Below, one piece after another: positions 24,598-36,786 of a DNA stretch of 51,038 nucleotides; the stretch's first letter is position 1; the number at the start of each line of letters is the position of its first letter. The notes under the pieces are model-generated. The model was not told where the DNA came from. It saw nothing but the letters and a program-made list of their open reading frames with translations, and did no database searches. A program made the position numbers and the translations under genes. Source of the stretch: Moniliella sp. 'wahieum' (lineage: Eukaryota). The stretch lies in assembly GCA_003971905.1 (NCBI GenBank), contig RSEE01000154.1, forward strand, positions 62,001-113,038, written 5' to 3'.

Positions 24598-26947
24598 GGG
24601 AACGAGTGAGCGCGGCTTGGGGGACGAGCGGCAGTGGATGGGAAGGGGCGTCAACCAGGACGCGGTGAGCAGGTGTAGGGGGTGAGGGAGGGGGAGGGCA
24701 ACTCGCAGAGCTGGTGGTGGGGATGCGGATGGAGACGGTGTCAAGGATCATCGGTCATGGCGGTGCGGTGCCTTGGGCGATGGGCGATGGCCAAGGAGGC
24801 CAAGGCGATGTTTCGGCTCAGTCTCAGCGCGGAGGCACGACGCGTGACGCAGAGGCAGCTGCAGGAACACGGAGGCAACAGTGGCCCCACGCGGGGCCTG
24901 GGCGACGATCAATGCAAATGCAGGACCATGCATGCATGCACATGGCGCTCCCCCGGGCAACGTGCACCGCACCCGGCCAGTGCCTCCTCACCTTACACCG
25001 CCGCCGTGCGGGCGCAGGCAGGCAGGTGGACGCCGGGCGCGGTGGCAGCGCGCTGAAGCCCATCGCGCCCTAACGCCGAGTCCGTCAAGCTAAGCGCTAA
25101 AGCGTAACGCCGCGGCTGGCTGGCCGGTGGAGCAGCGCCACAGCGCAGCCCGGGGCAGTGTTCTGCGCGCGCTGTGGGGTGGCGCTCGGCCCTGACCCTG
25201 ACGCGTGACGCCTAAGCGCTGCGGAGCTGCCCCAGCGACTGCCGCCGTGCCTGTCGGGCATCATGCATCATCATGCTCCCCTAGCAGAACGGCCATCGAC
25301 CCTCGACCACCCAGAATATAAATCCCCGGCTTCCCTCCACCTCTCTCAATCTCATCAACGAGCCGCAGCAAAGCCCAGCGTTGCCTGACCCCCCCAAGCA
25401 GCCCGTAGTAGCCTCCATCGCATTGCCATAACGCGCAACGCGTAAAGGCGAGTTGGCAGAACGCGCTGAACCCACAGGTGTGTTCTAGATCGTGTTTTCC
25501 CCTTTCGTATAATATGCTCTCAAATCTCAGATCTCGCAGAGCTCAATATCTCCTTGTCCATGGGACTAGTGACTAATGATTAATGACTCCGCTTGTATGG
25601 TCGATGCTGTTGGACGGAGTGCTAGGGTTCCCCTGCGCGGCCCTCCTCAGTTGGGTAGGTGCTGCTCAGCCTAGCCGGGAGGAAGCGTTCCGCTGACAGG
25701 TTGCGCACTGCTGCGCACTGCTTGCACCATCACCGGTGATGGGTCACCCTCCTCTCTCTCCTGTCTTTTCCCTGCAGGCGTTGCTTGCAGACGTGTGGCT
25801 CACCACTTTGCCTTCACGCCTTGTCTGAAAGTTGCTTTGCAGGTCATCCATAGGATCGCTGAGTGCTCAGACTGAGTGCTCTCCAAGTTGCACTCTAGCA
25901 GATGCATGACTCCCGCTTTATACTCTCTGCCTTTCCACAACGCCATTGGCAGAGCATATTGAAGGCTGGGAGAAATACTAGTCTAGATCGTGGTCCAGCA
26001 TTCGGAGCCCAAGCAGAGCCATATAGGCCTTGTAATCTTCTAGCGCACCTTATACTTCCCCCGTCTCAGCCATCTATCTCCATTTCCTGACAGTGCGCCA
26101 AGTTCATTGCTAGTTCACTTATTGAGGGTGAAAGCGATGCACCAGAAGGAAGAGGGTGGGGCGATGAGCAGGAACGCTGTTGAAGCACAACAGTTTGGTT
26201 GGAGTTCATACCCTGACCAATAAGTCATTCCACAGCCTACACATTTCTCTGGGGCGACTTTCTGGTGTCAGAAATTGGACTATACTGCTCTGGAATGATA
26301 AGAAGGAAATGGATATGAGTCCGGGAGGACACCCAGTGCTATAGGGTGACCGTGAGCCGAAACAACTTGAGTCCTAACTTAGAGAGCCCCTCGAACACTT
26401 CGTGGTCAGTTACGAAGCGAATGCCGCTGGATCCTCCAACTCCCCAAGGGTTGGCTCACAGCCAGAGCAATGAGTGTCAATTCGTTCGACTCAGTCATCG
26501 ATCACGGTATTGCTTCGACGTTTTAAACGAGCGAGCACCGATGTGCGAGCCCCGCCGCGCAGACAAACTCTTCACGTTTCCCTTTCCTGCCGGATAGTGT
26601 TTATGGAATTGGCTGGCTCGTCTAATTGGATGGATTAATTGCGTGCTGCACTGGTGACAGGCGAGCAGTGGCACTGCAGCAGCAGTGTTTGCATTTTTTT
26701 CCTGTGAATAGGTGCATAGCTCTTGTGGGAGCTATGCAGCGAATGTTATAACTGTACCACCTCCATCCCGAGTTAGCTGCAGAATATGTTTGAATGGCGA
26801 ACTCTTAAACAACCCATGTACTCCGTTGGGCCTAATTAATCTTGAATGTTCCCTCAAGCTGCAGTGAGCTGAGTTCCTTTGGATTTGGCTACGGCTATGG
26901 ATGAGCGGTGTGTGTTTTACACACGGCTGCGGGGTTTGTATGGGATA

Positions 26948-27310
26948 AAACCAAGTTCCGGGAACAAATGGTTTAAAAGCACGGCCATAAGCTGTAGTGG
27001 GTTTGACCATTATCCATATCTCGCTATAATAGAAGTACTTAGCTTAACCTCGTGTTTGCGCCAGGGGTATAATCCAAGAAATTCGCACCTCTTTAATCTA
27101 AGTCCACATCCCTCTCATTAATCTCATTACAGGAAAAAGCGTGCCAGAAAGTTCCCGGAACAACTGGCTTAAAAGCACGGCCATAACTGAATTGCTCTTG
27201 GCCATTATGCAAATCTCGCTATAATAGAAGTACTTATAGCTTAACCTCAGGCCTCATGTTTGCGCCAAGGTTATATCCAAGCAATTCGCACTTGTTTAAT
27301 CCTAAGTTCG
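26948..27310 (+). repeat. Diverged tandem direct duplication of a ~160-bp AT-rich unit (26948-27106 and 27148-27310)
   Basis: Both units share ttaaaagcacggccataa, atctcgctataatagaagtactta, tgtttgcgcca and atccaag.aattcgcac. Confidence 0.85.
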
Positions 27311-28877
27311 ATCAAATGCATTTTTTGGGTGGGTTAGGGTGTCCATTCTGTCCTGCCGCCACATCAACTTTCGCCATCGCGGCCTTAAACGTTGCGCTTC
27401 AAACTTGATGCCCCTTCAGCACCCAGGACCACGCATCCACTCTCTCTCCTGTGGCCACCTTCTCCTCCAAAGCAATGGGTTAGGTTAGGGGGTAGCAAGG
27501 TCATGACCAGTGAAGCATAAAAACGTACCGCCAAATCGAAAATGCGACGACGCATGGTGGACCAAGTCGGCTTCAGGAACACCGTCACAGGACTTGGACA
27601 AACTTTTTGTCACACGACCGATATGGGCCAGGAGTTGTCCGTCAAAAGTGAACTCTTCCAGACATCGCAGGGAACAAAAGCCGCTGCGGACGGAAAACCA
27701 AGCCTAAATCCTTATTGTTGCCGATCCTGCTCTAGGGATGCAGACAAACCCATACCGCGAAGAGTCGTTTGTACCATTTTCTGTCAATGGCGAGTCGTAT
27801 AGCACAAGTGATCCGGGGTGTGCGGCGAGAGTTGAAGGTCTGACCTTTTTGTGCTCCAGCAAGAGTTTGAAATGCTGGCGTGGTTTGGACATGGTAAAGC
27901 CTAGCCAATGATTCCTGCTTCGCATTGCTTGACAAAAAGACCACCCGAAGAGTCTTGATGTCGCGTAGACTTTCCTCTATGAGTATACATGTTGCCCTTG
28001 TAACGAGCGAATCGATGAAATACGGATCCAATTCTCCGGCAAAAGGACCACATCAGAGGGGGAATGCCAGCAAATTCGTCCTGATTAACGGAGCTCTCTT
28101 CATCAGTGTCCATTGTGCGGAGGAACAAGGTGTCAGCGTCAAGACCCAGCGCAAAACTTCTTCGTTGTTCATCGTCGTCGTCTGCGGGCTCAATTGACCC
28201 GCATAATCATTTCACGAACCAACACGGGAACGAAAGGGGGGAGGAGGGACTACAACGTAACTCTCGGTTCGTACTCCTTTTCCCTCTCCTCCGTCGGAGT
28301 CGCTGCCGGAATTGCTGTTGATCCCAATGCTGCCACCAGGTGGTTCTTCACGGACGGTTCATCACCTTCGAAAGCAGTCTCCACCACGGGCTCCGGCTCA
28401 GGGTTGATACGTCGTGTGTCCCTCGGGCGGCGAGCGGCGTTGCTGGTTACTGGGTTGTCCTGACGGTGCGGGAGGGAGGCATTGTAGAGTGTGGCAGTAC
28501 TGGCTCAAGAGAAATGATGGCGGGAAAGGTGGTGGGCGGGGGCATGAAGTTCGCCTAAAAGGGATGCAGCTGTGTGGTCGCTTCCCCACCAGGGGTCGGA
28601 TTCCCAGGGGTCGATCGAGCTGAGATTTGCGGAGCATGAATTGACTGTACACCTCAAATTGAGGCCTGGGGCCGCTGGTTCAGCGATCATCCTGCATCAC
28701 CCCCAAAACAGAAGCATGGTGCGGGAGAGCATGCTGTGCTGCTCTGCGACGTGAAGCGGCTGAAGCCCGTGCGGGGCAGGGTCGCTCACACGAAGCATGT
28801 TAAAAGTACGTTAAACGTTAACTGGTCACCGGTCACTGGTAGCCGTACGGTAACCTCAGCCTTCGGGCTCCGGCTGG

Positions 28878-30019
28878 GCGCCCAGCGAGCGCCCAGCCCT
28901 GCAAAATAAGACCCGCATATTGCCTGGCATGGGGAGAAATAGGTAAACGGACAGACAGTTCATGTTGAGCCATCGGGTGGCTCGTGCTTTGGCCAATGTG
29001 TCCCTTCAGTTCCTCCTCGGGCCTGGGAGTTCTGTTATTTTCTCTCTCCTGTTTTTCCTTGTTCCGCAGCTTAGCCCCTGGTGGCGACTCGCTGCTTGCT
29101 GTTCCTTTGTAGGTGTTGCTGGTTGGCTTAGACCATCACCACCACCAGTGCGATTGCATCACCCTCAAGACCATCCACACTCCAAGTCTTATCAGTTCAA
29201 GCCCACTTCCGGACAGAGACACCTGTTCACCTAGCTGAACTCTCCTACAGCGACACCATCACCATCTCCCCAAGAAACAAATCTGCCAGCCGCATGCGAT
29301 ATCACCAGAACCTTCCCTCAATGGCAAGGAAACAAGAGGGTGCAATTCCTTCGCCCCCCATGCGCCGAATCTGATCGCTCAATGTTTGGCTGATATCAGG
29401 GCCAAAAGAACGCCTGGTACGCTCCCTCCGCAAAACTTTGGCGATTCAATGGTTGCTCGAGGCTAACCGCGCGTGCATTGCGACAGGATTACCTTCAAAG
29501 CCATCGGCATCAACCAAATAATCTTGGTTTAAATCGGTACTATTCGGGATGTTGCGCATCTCAACCATGTCCTGGTGGAGTACGCATTGAAAATCCCTCC
29601 AAAGGGCCAGAGTAACCTCAATTTGCGCCTGGGACAAGCGAGCACAGGGCAGCGCGAAGCCGACATACTGGCCCAAGTGATAGCTCAACGCCACCGGGCT
29701 GCGGTGGGTGCTGCCCCTTCAGCCTACCGCTGGGAGGGCTCGAGACGGCGTAGGCCCATTACGCGGACCACTCGCCCGTCCCACGCATCTGTTTTGGACG
29801 CTACTAACGAAGATGAAGAGTCTGAATAGGAATGCCGCATCAACCGTGAAGCAGGTGTATGAACCACCAGCGACGAAGACAAAACTCTCTCTCTGTTGGG
29901 TATATAGTCGAGCACTGGAACACCAGTGGCGTGATATTTAGTAGCTAGCATGCAAGCTATAACAGTGGAGGAGATGATGTCTGCCTTGTTCGCCTTCTAC
30001 CCTTTTGGTTTGTGCTTTC
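28878..30019 (+). repeat. Unclassified ~1.14-kb dispersed repeat, copy B
   Basis: Reverse complement of 10238-11381; ends about 40 bp before a tRNA-like element. Confidence 0.92.
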
Positions 30020-30058
30020 GCAGCGGAGGCTCTCTGATCCTACAGCTGCTCCTATCGC

Positions 30059-30130
30059 AGCTCGATGGCGTAGTGGTAACGCGTCACTGACCAATCGGCG
30101 ATGCCATGGGTTCGATTCCCATTCGAGCCT
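30059..30130 (+). tRNA. tRNA-like element or tRNA pseudogene with a defective anticodon arm (CCA at the standard position; identity uncertain)
   Basis: Acceptor stem (A)GCTCGA/TCGAGC(C); D-arm GCGT-AGTGGTA-ACGC; T-arm ATGGG-TTCGATT-CCCAT; intact A and B boxes; T-run downstream. The anticodon arm cannot form the canonical 5-bp stem with a 7-nt loop. Confidence 0.75.
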
Positions 30131-31304
30131 CTCTTTTCCTCACTATTTCCCACGGGCTGTGCCTTCTCACTATAGATATTTCCAAGCGGAGGCACTATAC
30201 CGGCAAATAGATGAATGCTACGGCGCTGATTCTGGGAAAACACTAAAGGAAGTTTATATATGCCCATAGGAAAACAAGGTGCTTTAAACCCGAAGAGCTA
30301 GAACATGGCAATTTCTTATACAAAGTCTGCAGCCGTGGTTCCCTCTTTTTTCTTTTATACAAAAGATCCACTTGTTTCTAAGGGCCAGGGCTCTGAGGTG
30401 ATCTTCGGGATCTCAGTGGTTTATGTTCTAGCTGGCGCTCGCCACTAATCCGTTAGCATGCCGTGATGGTCTCGGCAAAGCGTACTAGATCCTGCTCCTT
30501 CATTTTCCTTCCTCTCCGTTTTTAGTCGTCAACCCCCTATAGACAATTGACCTATGTGCTCCCCAGCCATCTGTCCGTCAAGTTCCCTACTAAGTCGTTA
30601 TCGCCATCGTTTCGCCAATTCTGTTTTGTGCCTTCATTAGTAGTTAAGGTCACCTTGTTCTAGCTTCCATAGTTATCTGTCCGCACCGCATTTCAGGGAC
30701 CGATTTTGGTTTCCGGTATATCCCAGACTCTTCGCCGTCGTCTAGCTTCGGACCGACTGACTGCCTGGGTCCCTACACATCCATTCTTGAGTCCATCCAT
30801 CATCCTTCCATCCTTCCACTTCCATCCTTCCATCCTTTCATGTTTCTTCCCCATCGCTCTTTCCTACAGTGTCAACCTTTTTTGCAGAACTACAATTCAA
30901 TGTGACGGTACGTAGGCTCAATTATAACGACCAGGCCGGAATGAGTTGCGGAGGAAAGGGATGCATTATTACTGAGGCAATCCATGCTGAGGAGTCTCGG
31001 ATCAAATCCGGTATCGAGCCTTTCCGCAAGGTCGAATCCAAAGTGATCCCATGGAAAGTGCATACTCCATTACAGACCCTTAAGAATAAAAATACGGGCA
31101 GGGTTGCATTGCACTAATGTCAAGACTTTCTATTTGACACCACTAACAGAGCATTCTCAAATAGGTGTGATGGCCCCTCCTACTAATAAGTTGTCCATTT
31201 TCGCCCCGCTTTCCTCTTTCTAATCCAACTGGTTGGTAGACCCTGATTGTGTTAGTTTCCTTTGAAGGCATATAACCCAAAGCCGGGTTGTCTCTAGATC
31301 ACGT

Positions 31305-31738
31305 CCATTTCATTGACAGAGCTTAAGGCTGGGACAGGGGGAACGCTACGTCTAAACCTAACCGTTCATCTTGCGGGAGTTACTTGGAAGCGCTTAAGGA
31401 ACCAGGGGATCGCCAGGATATCAGGACCCTCCGGCTCTCGCCATCCGGTCCCGTACCCTAGGAAGCGCGTGTGGACATGGATGAACGTGGTTGACATCCG
31501 AGCAAGGAAAAATTTCCACTGAGACTTAGTAGCCAACTCCTTCCAATGCCCAAACAACTTGCCCGCCGTTTTGGTGCCGTAGTATCCTCGCGTCGTCAAA
31601 ACCAGGGGGAAAAACGGCTCTTGAGTGCGTCCCTGGTACTTGGCGTTCTCGTCGCGTTCTGCTTGTTCAAGCAGCCCAAGCAGCTCCTTCTCCCGGCGTT
31701 TCAAGGGGGTTGCGGTGCTCTCATGCACCACCCGTATA
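31305..31738 (-). mobile_element. 5'-truncated CRE-like non-LTR retrotransposon fragment (RLE C-terminus plus 3' end)
   Basis: VHESTATPLKRREKELLGLLEQAERDENAKYQGRTQEPFFPLVLTTRG... is nearly the same as 5400-5720 and ends in the shared cccagccttaagctctgtcaatga motif. Confidence 0.7.
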
Positions 31739-31863
31739 CTATCCTCGATTCGCCCTGTGCACTTTTTACATCAGCTGCCCCGTGCCACCTTCCACGCCCC
31801 CTGCAGCCAGCAAGCATCGGTTATATTATTTCTCTATATGTCGGTGTTGGCGACGTTTGGAAC

Positions 31864-31897
31864 GGTGGCGAAGGTGGCGAAGGTGGCGAAGGTGGCG
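31864..31897. repeat. 9-mer tandem repeat (GGTGGCGAA) x~4
   Basis: Read directly. Confidence 0.85.
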
Positions 31898-34800
31898 GGC
31901 GATGCAGCACAGCTGGGGCTTCGGCTGACCGGGCCGTAGGCCGGGTCCTCCTTGTGATCCCAATATTGTGGGTTGCAATCGTTTGAGCGGTACATCACAT
32001 GACTTCCATTCGCACCCAAATTAAACTTGGATGTTCCTTTGGGTATTGCGCAACATATGACATTGGATTCGGTCTAATGCTTCACGTCTCCAGTCGTGTC
32101 TAACCCTAGTTTTTCAATTGAAATGTGCTTGCAGTGTTACGCAAAACCAGTAGATAAAACCTCTGCCCCCATCATTTGTTTCCCAACCATATGTGGTGCA
32201 GGTGAATAAGAATGGTTATCAGCAACATGATGGACGACGGATGGAGATGGAGAGGTCTTTTCTCCTTAAACAGGTCAAAGAAGGTGACATTTGTCTTTGG
32301 GCGTGACACCGGCGATTCAGAATAACACCTCAGATATACCCTCAAAATTTCGTGACAAGGTGTATAAGCCATTTTCGCCACATTAATGGTTCTCGTGGGC
32401 ATGTTTTGTACGTATATAGCCTTTCGACTGCAAGTGGACTAGTTCCTTCAGTCGCGATTTTGATTTAACAGCTGGGACGGGCATTGCACCGGATGGTATG
32501 AATGGGAAAACTGGATGACCTGTGTAGTCCCATTCAGTAAAATGGTGATGACCGTTCTGATACCCCCCGCGGAGCAGTTGCTGCTCACATTCCCGAACCT
32601 ATGTCCTGATCCTCAGGCATGGATTGTGCCCCCCTAAGTGCCGCACATATAATGAAATCATTCGTGTGAGATGCAATGATTTAACAGTTACCCCGCATGT
32701 GTTCCAAACAGGCCATGAACGTGTCTATAGTGTCGTGCTTACCCTCTGAAGGGCAGAAGGCCAGATGTACTCTTGGCTATGTTTTCAAAAAATACGCAAT
32801 GCGAAATATTTCACGCAATGTTGAGATGGCACTACCGGGTCGCGGACAGAAGATTACATGGTATGATATCTATCAAGTGGTCAGCTCTAGCCTTAAACAT
32901 TTTACAGGAATGCCATTGCTTGGTCATTGTATTCGCGAAAAGATGAAGATGAGTTGGATGGTATGAAAAAAATATCGATTACATGCTGGGGTTGTGTACA
33001 AGGCGGGCAAAGAGATAAAGTATTCAGAAGCTAACTATAGATGAGAGTGGTTAATTCACCCCCGATGTCTGATGAGAGTGATGTACTCCAAACTGCAGAT
33101 AGATGTGTATGACAATTGTCAATAAAAGCACACTCCATGCTGTGTTCGTCTCTTCAGGAGTACGCGATTATTCATCGGAACAAAACAAGGACGAGGGGTT
33201 GACATCGGAATGGTGAACGTAGAGTGACCATTTCTGGGCATGGGTGAAAGAGGTAACAAAAATGATAAGCTGTAGCGAATTCATTACTTTAAAATAAATG
33301 TTAAACACGCCAAAGTGGCCCCTGGCACCTGCAGAGGACAGTTATTGCGGGCATGGAAGCCGACACGATCAAATATGTGACGACTGCTGTGACTTGTACC
33401 GAGTGCGGGAGAGACTTGTCCCCCATTGCCCAACTCTTTGGTGCAAGAACCGAAGCATCGTGCCGGCCAGAGACGGTGCACCATTCGACTGGATAGGTGT
33501 TGAGTCCCGGCTCGACCTAAATGGTTGAGGACCATTTCTCACTGCTCTGAGCACGATGGCCTTGCGTCACCTCGGCCCATTGTTTGTTAGAGGGGCTGTA
33601 TCACGGAACACCATGATATCATGACGCTTGAGAGAGGATCAATATCAGCACGCTCACGTACTAATATCTCACCCCGGATTCAACTCTTCTCCTGATCTCA
33701 CGGACACCCCGACTGCACTGTCCCAGGAGGAGGCTAAGAAGTGCAGTATGAGACTGGTGTTTTGTAAAGGGGGAGGTTCATTCATTTTGGTTCCTGTGCA
33801 GTTGCGCAGTTGGTCTGGATGATCGCGGGCGACCCCTCTTTCGGCGGTAGTGAGCATGTGAGCGGTCAGTTCAAAGCTCCATGAAAGGGGTGGGGCGTAT
33901 ATTCAGACAGGCACAAGGTATTGTACAGATAGCTGGGGATGGAGGGGGTGAAATCATATGTATTCCCTGCATAGTTCCCAATAGCTTTCTCCCATTCACA
34001 GAATAGAGCATGAAGAAAAATAACCACATGGCTGCCGTGTGCTACTTGTTGGTCGCAATGTCACCAGTGGACTAGCACTACGCAATTCGTCCCCAAAATA
34101 AAGGAAAGTCAACTACGGATGCGGAGGCTCTGCGTAGGTGCTTTTGGCTATATCCACGGTGAGGGTGAGCGCCCCCAGATTACGGTCGACAAACTTGTTG
34201 TGAACTCCGGCTGCACTAGATGCAGCTGACCATTGAGGTGTTTGACGATCGTGTTCACCTACTTGCCTGCGTTGGGCATAACGCGGACAAACTCCTCCTC
34301 ACACTGTGTGTCGGCGTTCTTGGGGGAACCCCGCTGATATGGGCGGGGCCCCGAAAGGGATTGGAAGCCACGCCGTTTGCGGGAATGCTTTCCCTTGAAC
34401 AAGAGTTCACTCACGGTTTATCGAACTTGAACGCTATTGACAGATCCAAACGAAACTAGAGGCAAGGGGGGGCGTCTCAATAGTTGAGGCGTCGGCTCGC
34501 GTGGCAAGGTTGTATCTGCCCCTGAACGAGCAGGACAATTAGTATGTCAGTGTAGACGCAACCTTGAAAGGTTGGCCGGAAGTTTGGCACAGACAAAGGA
34601 AGGGTCGGACTGCGAAACCAATGGCACCTCAGCGACAATGTTCTTATAGTTTTCTTCTTCTTTTCCATTCCAGCCAAAGCTCAAGCACGGGTATCCCTAG
34701 TAACCAAGTTGAGCAACACCAGAGGGAGAATCTGGTACAATGTCTTGCAATCGACCCCCCTGGCGGAGGGCTTACTGTGAACCACCTTGTGGTGTCTTTG

Positions 34801-35875
34801 TGCTATCGACCCCCCAATTTCATTCCATGCTGCGTGTGGAGAGAATCCAACCACAGCGCTAGCGAGGGCCCTTCGTTGAAGTTTGCGTCCGTCAGCCACG
34901 GCCCTAGGGGAACCGGCGTGTGCATGGTTGATCGCCAGGCTCTTGTCGACCGAGAAGCGCGAACCCCTCTGCCACACGTGGACTGTCAAAAGGGGGTTGG
35001 ACACGTAGTCGTCTTTCTTGAACCCTTTCTTAAACCGGGCCAGCCAGCAACTCCGGGACCTCGGAGACGAAACAGAAAGCGACCTCCTGCGTTTCTTTGC
35101 TGTTACTCGCCCCTGTCGCGTCCTCCATACTCTTGCGGTACTTAAACAGGACAAAGGAGACGACCTTTATATACTTCTCGTTCACACTCGTCTGGCTCAC
35201 TTGGCCGTTGACCCGACCGTCGTTCTTGACGACCATGTCGATTTTTGGTAATCGACATCGCGCCTATAGTTGTGACATTGATCGTAAAAATCGCCTTCAG
35301 GCTTGATGTGTCCACCAGTCACAGTTACTAATCGCCTTATTGCACACTCAACACAGTAGTACCAGTCGTAGCTACACACCTCTGACAGTCGGCCACGTCG
35401 TCCCCCGTCATATGTGGGCATTCAAGCACATAGTAATTGAAGCATCTCGTTGGTTGTTGTCGCCCTAGTGATAATCCGCAACACACAGGCTGTGTTGTAC
35501 AAGGGTCGATCCCTCGGTGGTAGAATCCCACGCATGGATGAGCTCCTCGTGATACTCTTCCTGCAAGTTCGAAAAGACATTAACATATACTGCCCTTCCC
35601 GAGGAATCTCGAGACGGCCTCACAGGCACTATACTCACGCCAGCTGTTTGCTGCATCCACAAGGAGAAGAGACTTTTGGCTGTTTCTGATGCAACCAGGA
35701 ATGGTTTGCTCGTCTAGACTCTCGGCCCTTGGTATGTGAATATTGTCCACATCAGCAGGCTGTTCAGAGAGCTTGGTTGATTGGACACATTGTCTGCAAA
35801 ACGATCGGGTCCCCCGTCAGCTGGAGATGGACCACAGATCTTGGCCACTGGCCTTGGCTCGGAGGCGGTTGAGGC

Positions 35876-36698
35876 TGTCACGGGCGGGCCCGCCAGGGGG
35901 CTCACCCAGGTTCTTGGGGTACAATCCCTTAGGAGACGGAAGGACGACTCACGGTAGTTTCGGGCTTGGGCTGGTTGGTGTATCCGAGCGGAGCTAGGGA
36001 CGAGGAGAGGCCTTTGGTGGGGCGGCTGCACGTGTGGCAAGGCTGCGTCTGCACCGGCTTGGGCCGTAGTAACGTGTCTGAAGCCTCCGGGACTTAGGGA
36101 CGGGAGGAGGCAGCGGCGGACAAACACTGCCTTAACTGAGACTGGGAATCGCCGCGGCCAAAGGAGGGCTCGCGCGATGGGGTTGACGAGGGGCTGGAGG
36201 ACGAGGTCGGAGGAGAAGTCGGACGCTAACAAGAAGAGCTGCCTGTACTGGATCAATTGGCTGGAAACGGGCAGGAGTCGGACAGGATAGGCGGGAAAGG
36301 GACGAAATGGAGGGTGGAGGAAAAGATCCCCCACCCACCGGGGGTACAGGCTTAATCGAAAAAGGGGAAACAGACACAAAGGGGGTGTAGAAAGAAAGGC
36401 ACGTCAAAAGAGGGGTTGATCGCCGCAGGCGCGATCGAGAAAGGAAAATAAGTGGTGACGGGCGACGGACGTCGCAAAGATACTGAATACTTGGTGGTCT
36501 CGTTTTGACCACCGACTTGGACTTGGGCGGGAGGCGACTACTGTCGCGCGTACGCATGGCAACTCGGACCACCGTACAGGGTACAACCAACCATCGTCAA
36601 ACGTGGTTGGGCTTGGGGGCGCGCTCCACTGGGTTGGTGCAGAGCAGGCGGGCCTTAGCTAGGATCAGACCATCTTGGATCCGACGCGGCCCGTAACA
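35876..36698 (-). repeat. 3' LTR
   Basis: tgtcacggg...ccgtaaca on the + strand; near-identical to 41912-42734. Confidence 0.97.
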
Positions 36699-36712
36699 TT
36701 ACGCTCCCCTTC
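36699..36712 (-). other. Polypurine tract
   Basis: Minus strand GAAGGGGAGCGTAA immediately before the 3' LTR. Confidence 0.8.
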
Positions 36713-36786
36713 ACAAGGCGTGTCCGCACGCCTACCAGGTTGGGCTTCTCCTCCTCAACCGAACCTGGGGGAACTGGGGCGGGGTA

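Noticed and set aside
26948..27310. Repeat-spacer (CRISPR-like) arrangement
   Set aside because: Only two long diverged units, eukaryotic context, and no cas genes
32460..32500. AGTGIAP peptide resembling an FNR-family NAD-binding motif
   Set aside because: Isolated short match in a frame bounded by stops, with no other reductase motifs
33069..33100. Hammerhead-ribozyme-like CTGATGA-stem-loop
   Set aside because: Followed by CAAA rather than the invariant GAAA, with no convincing stems I and III
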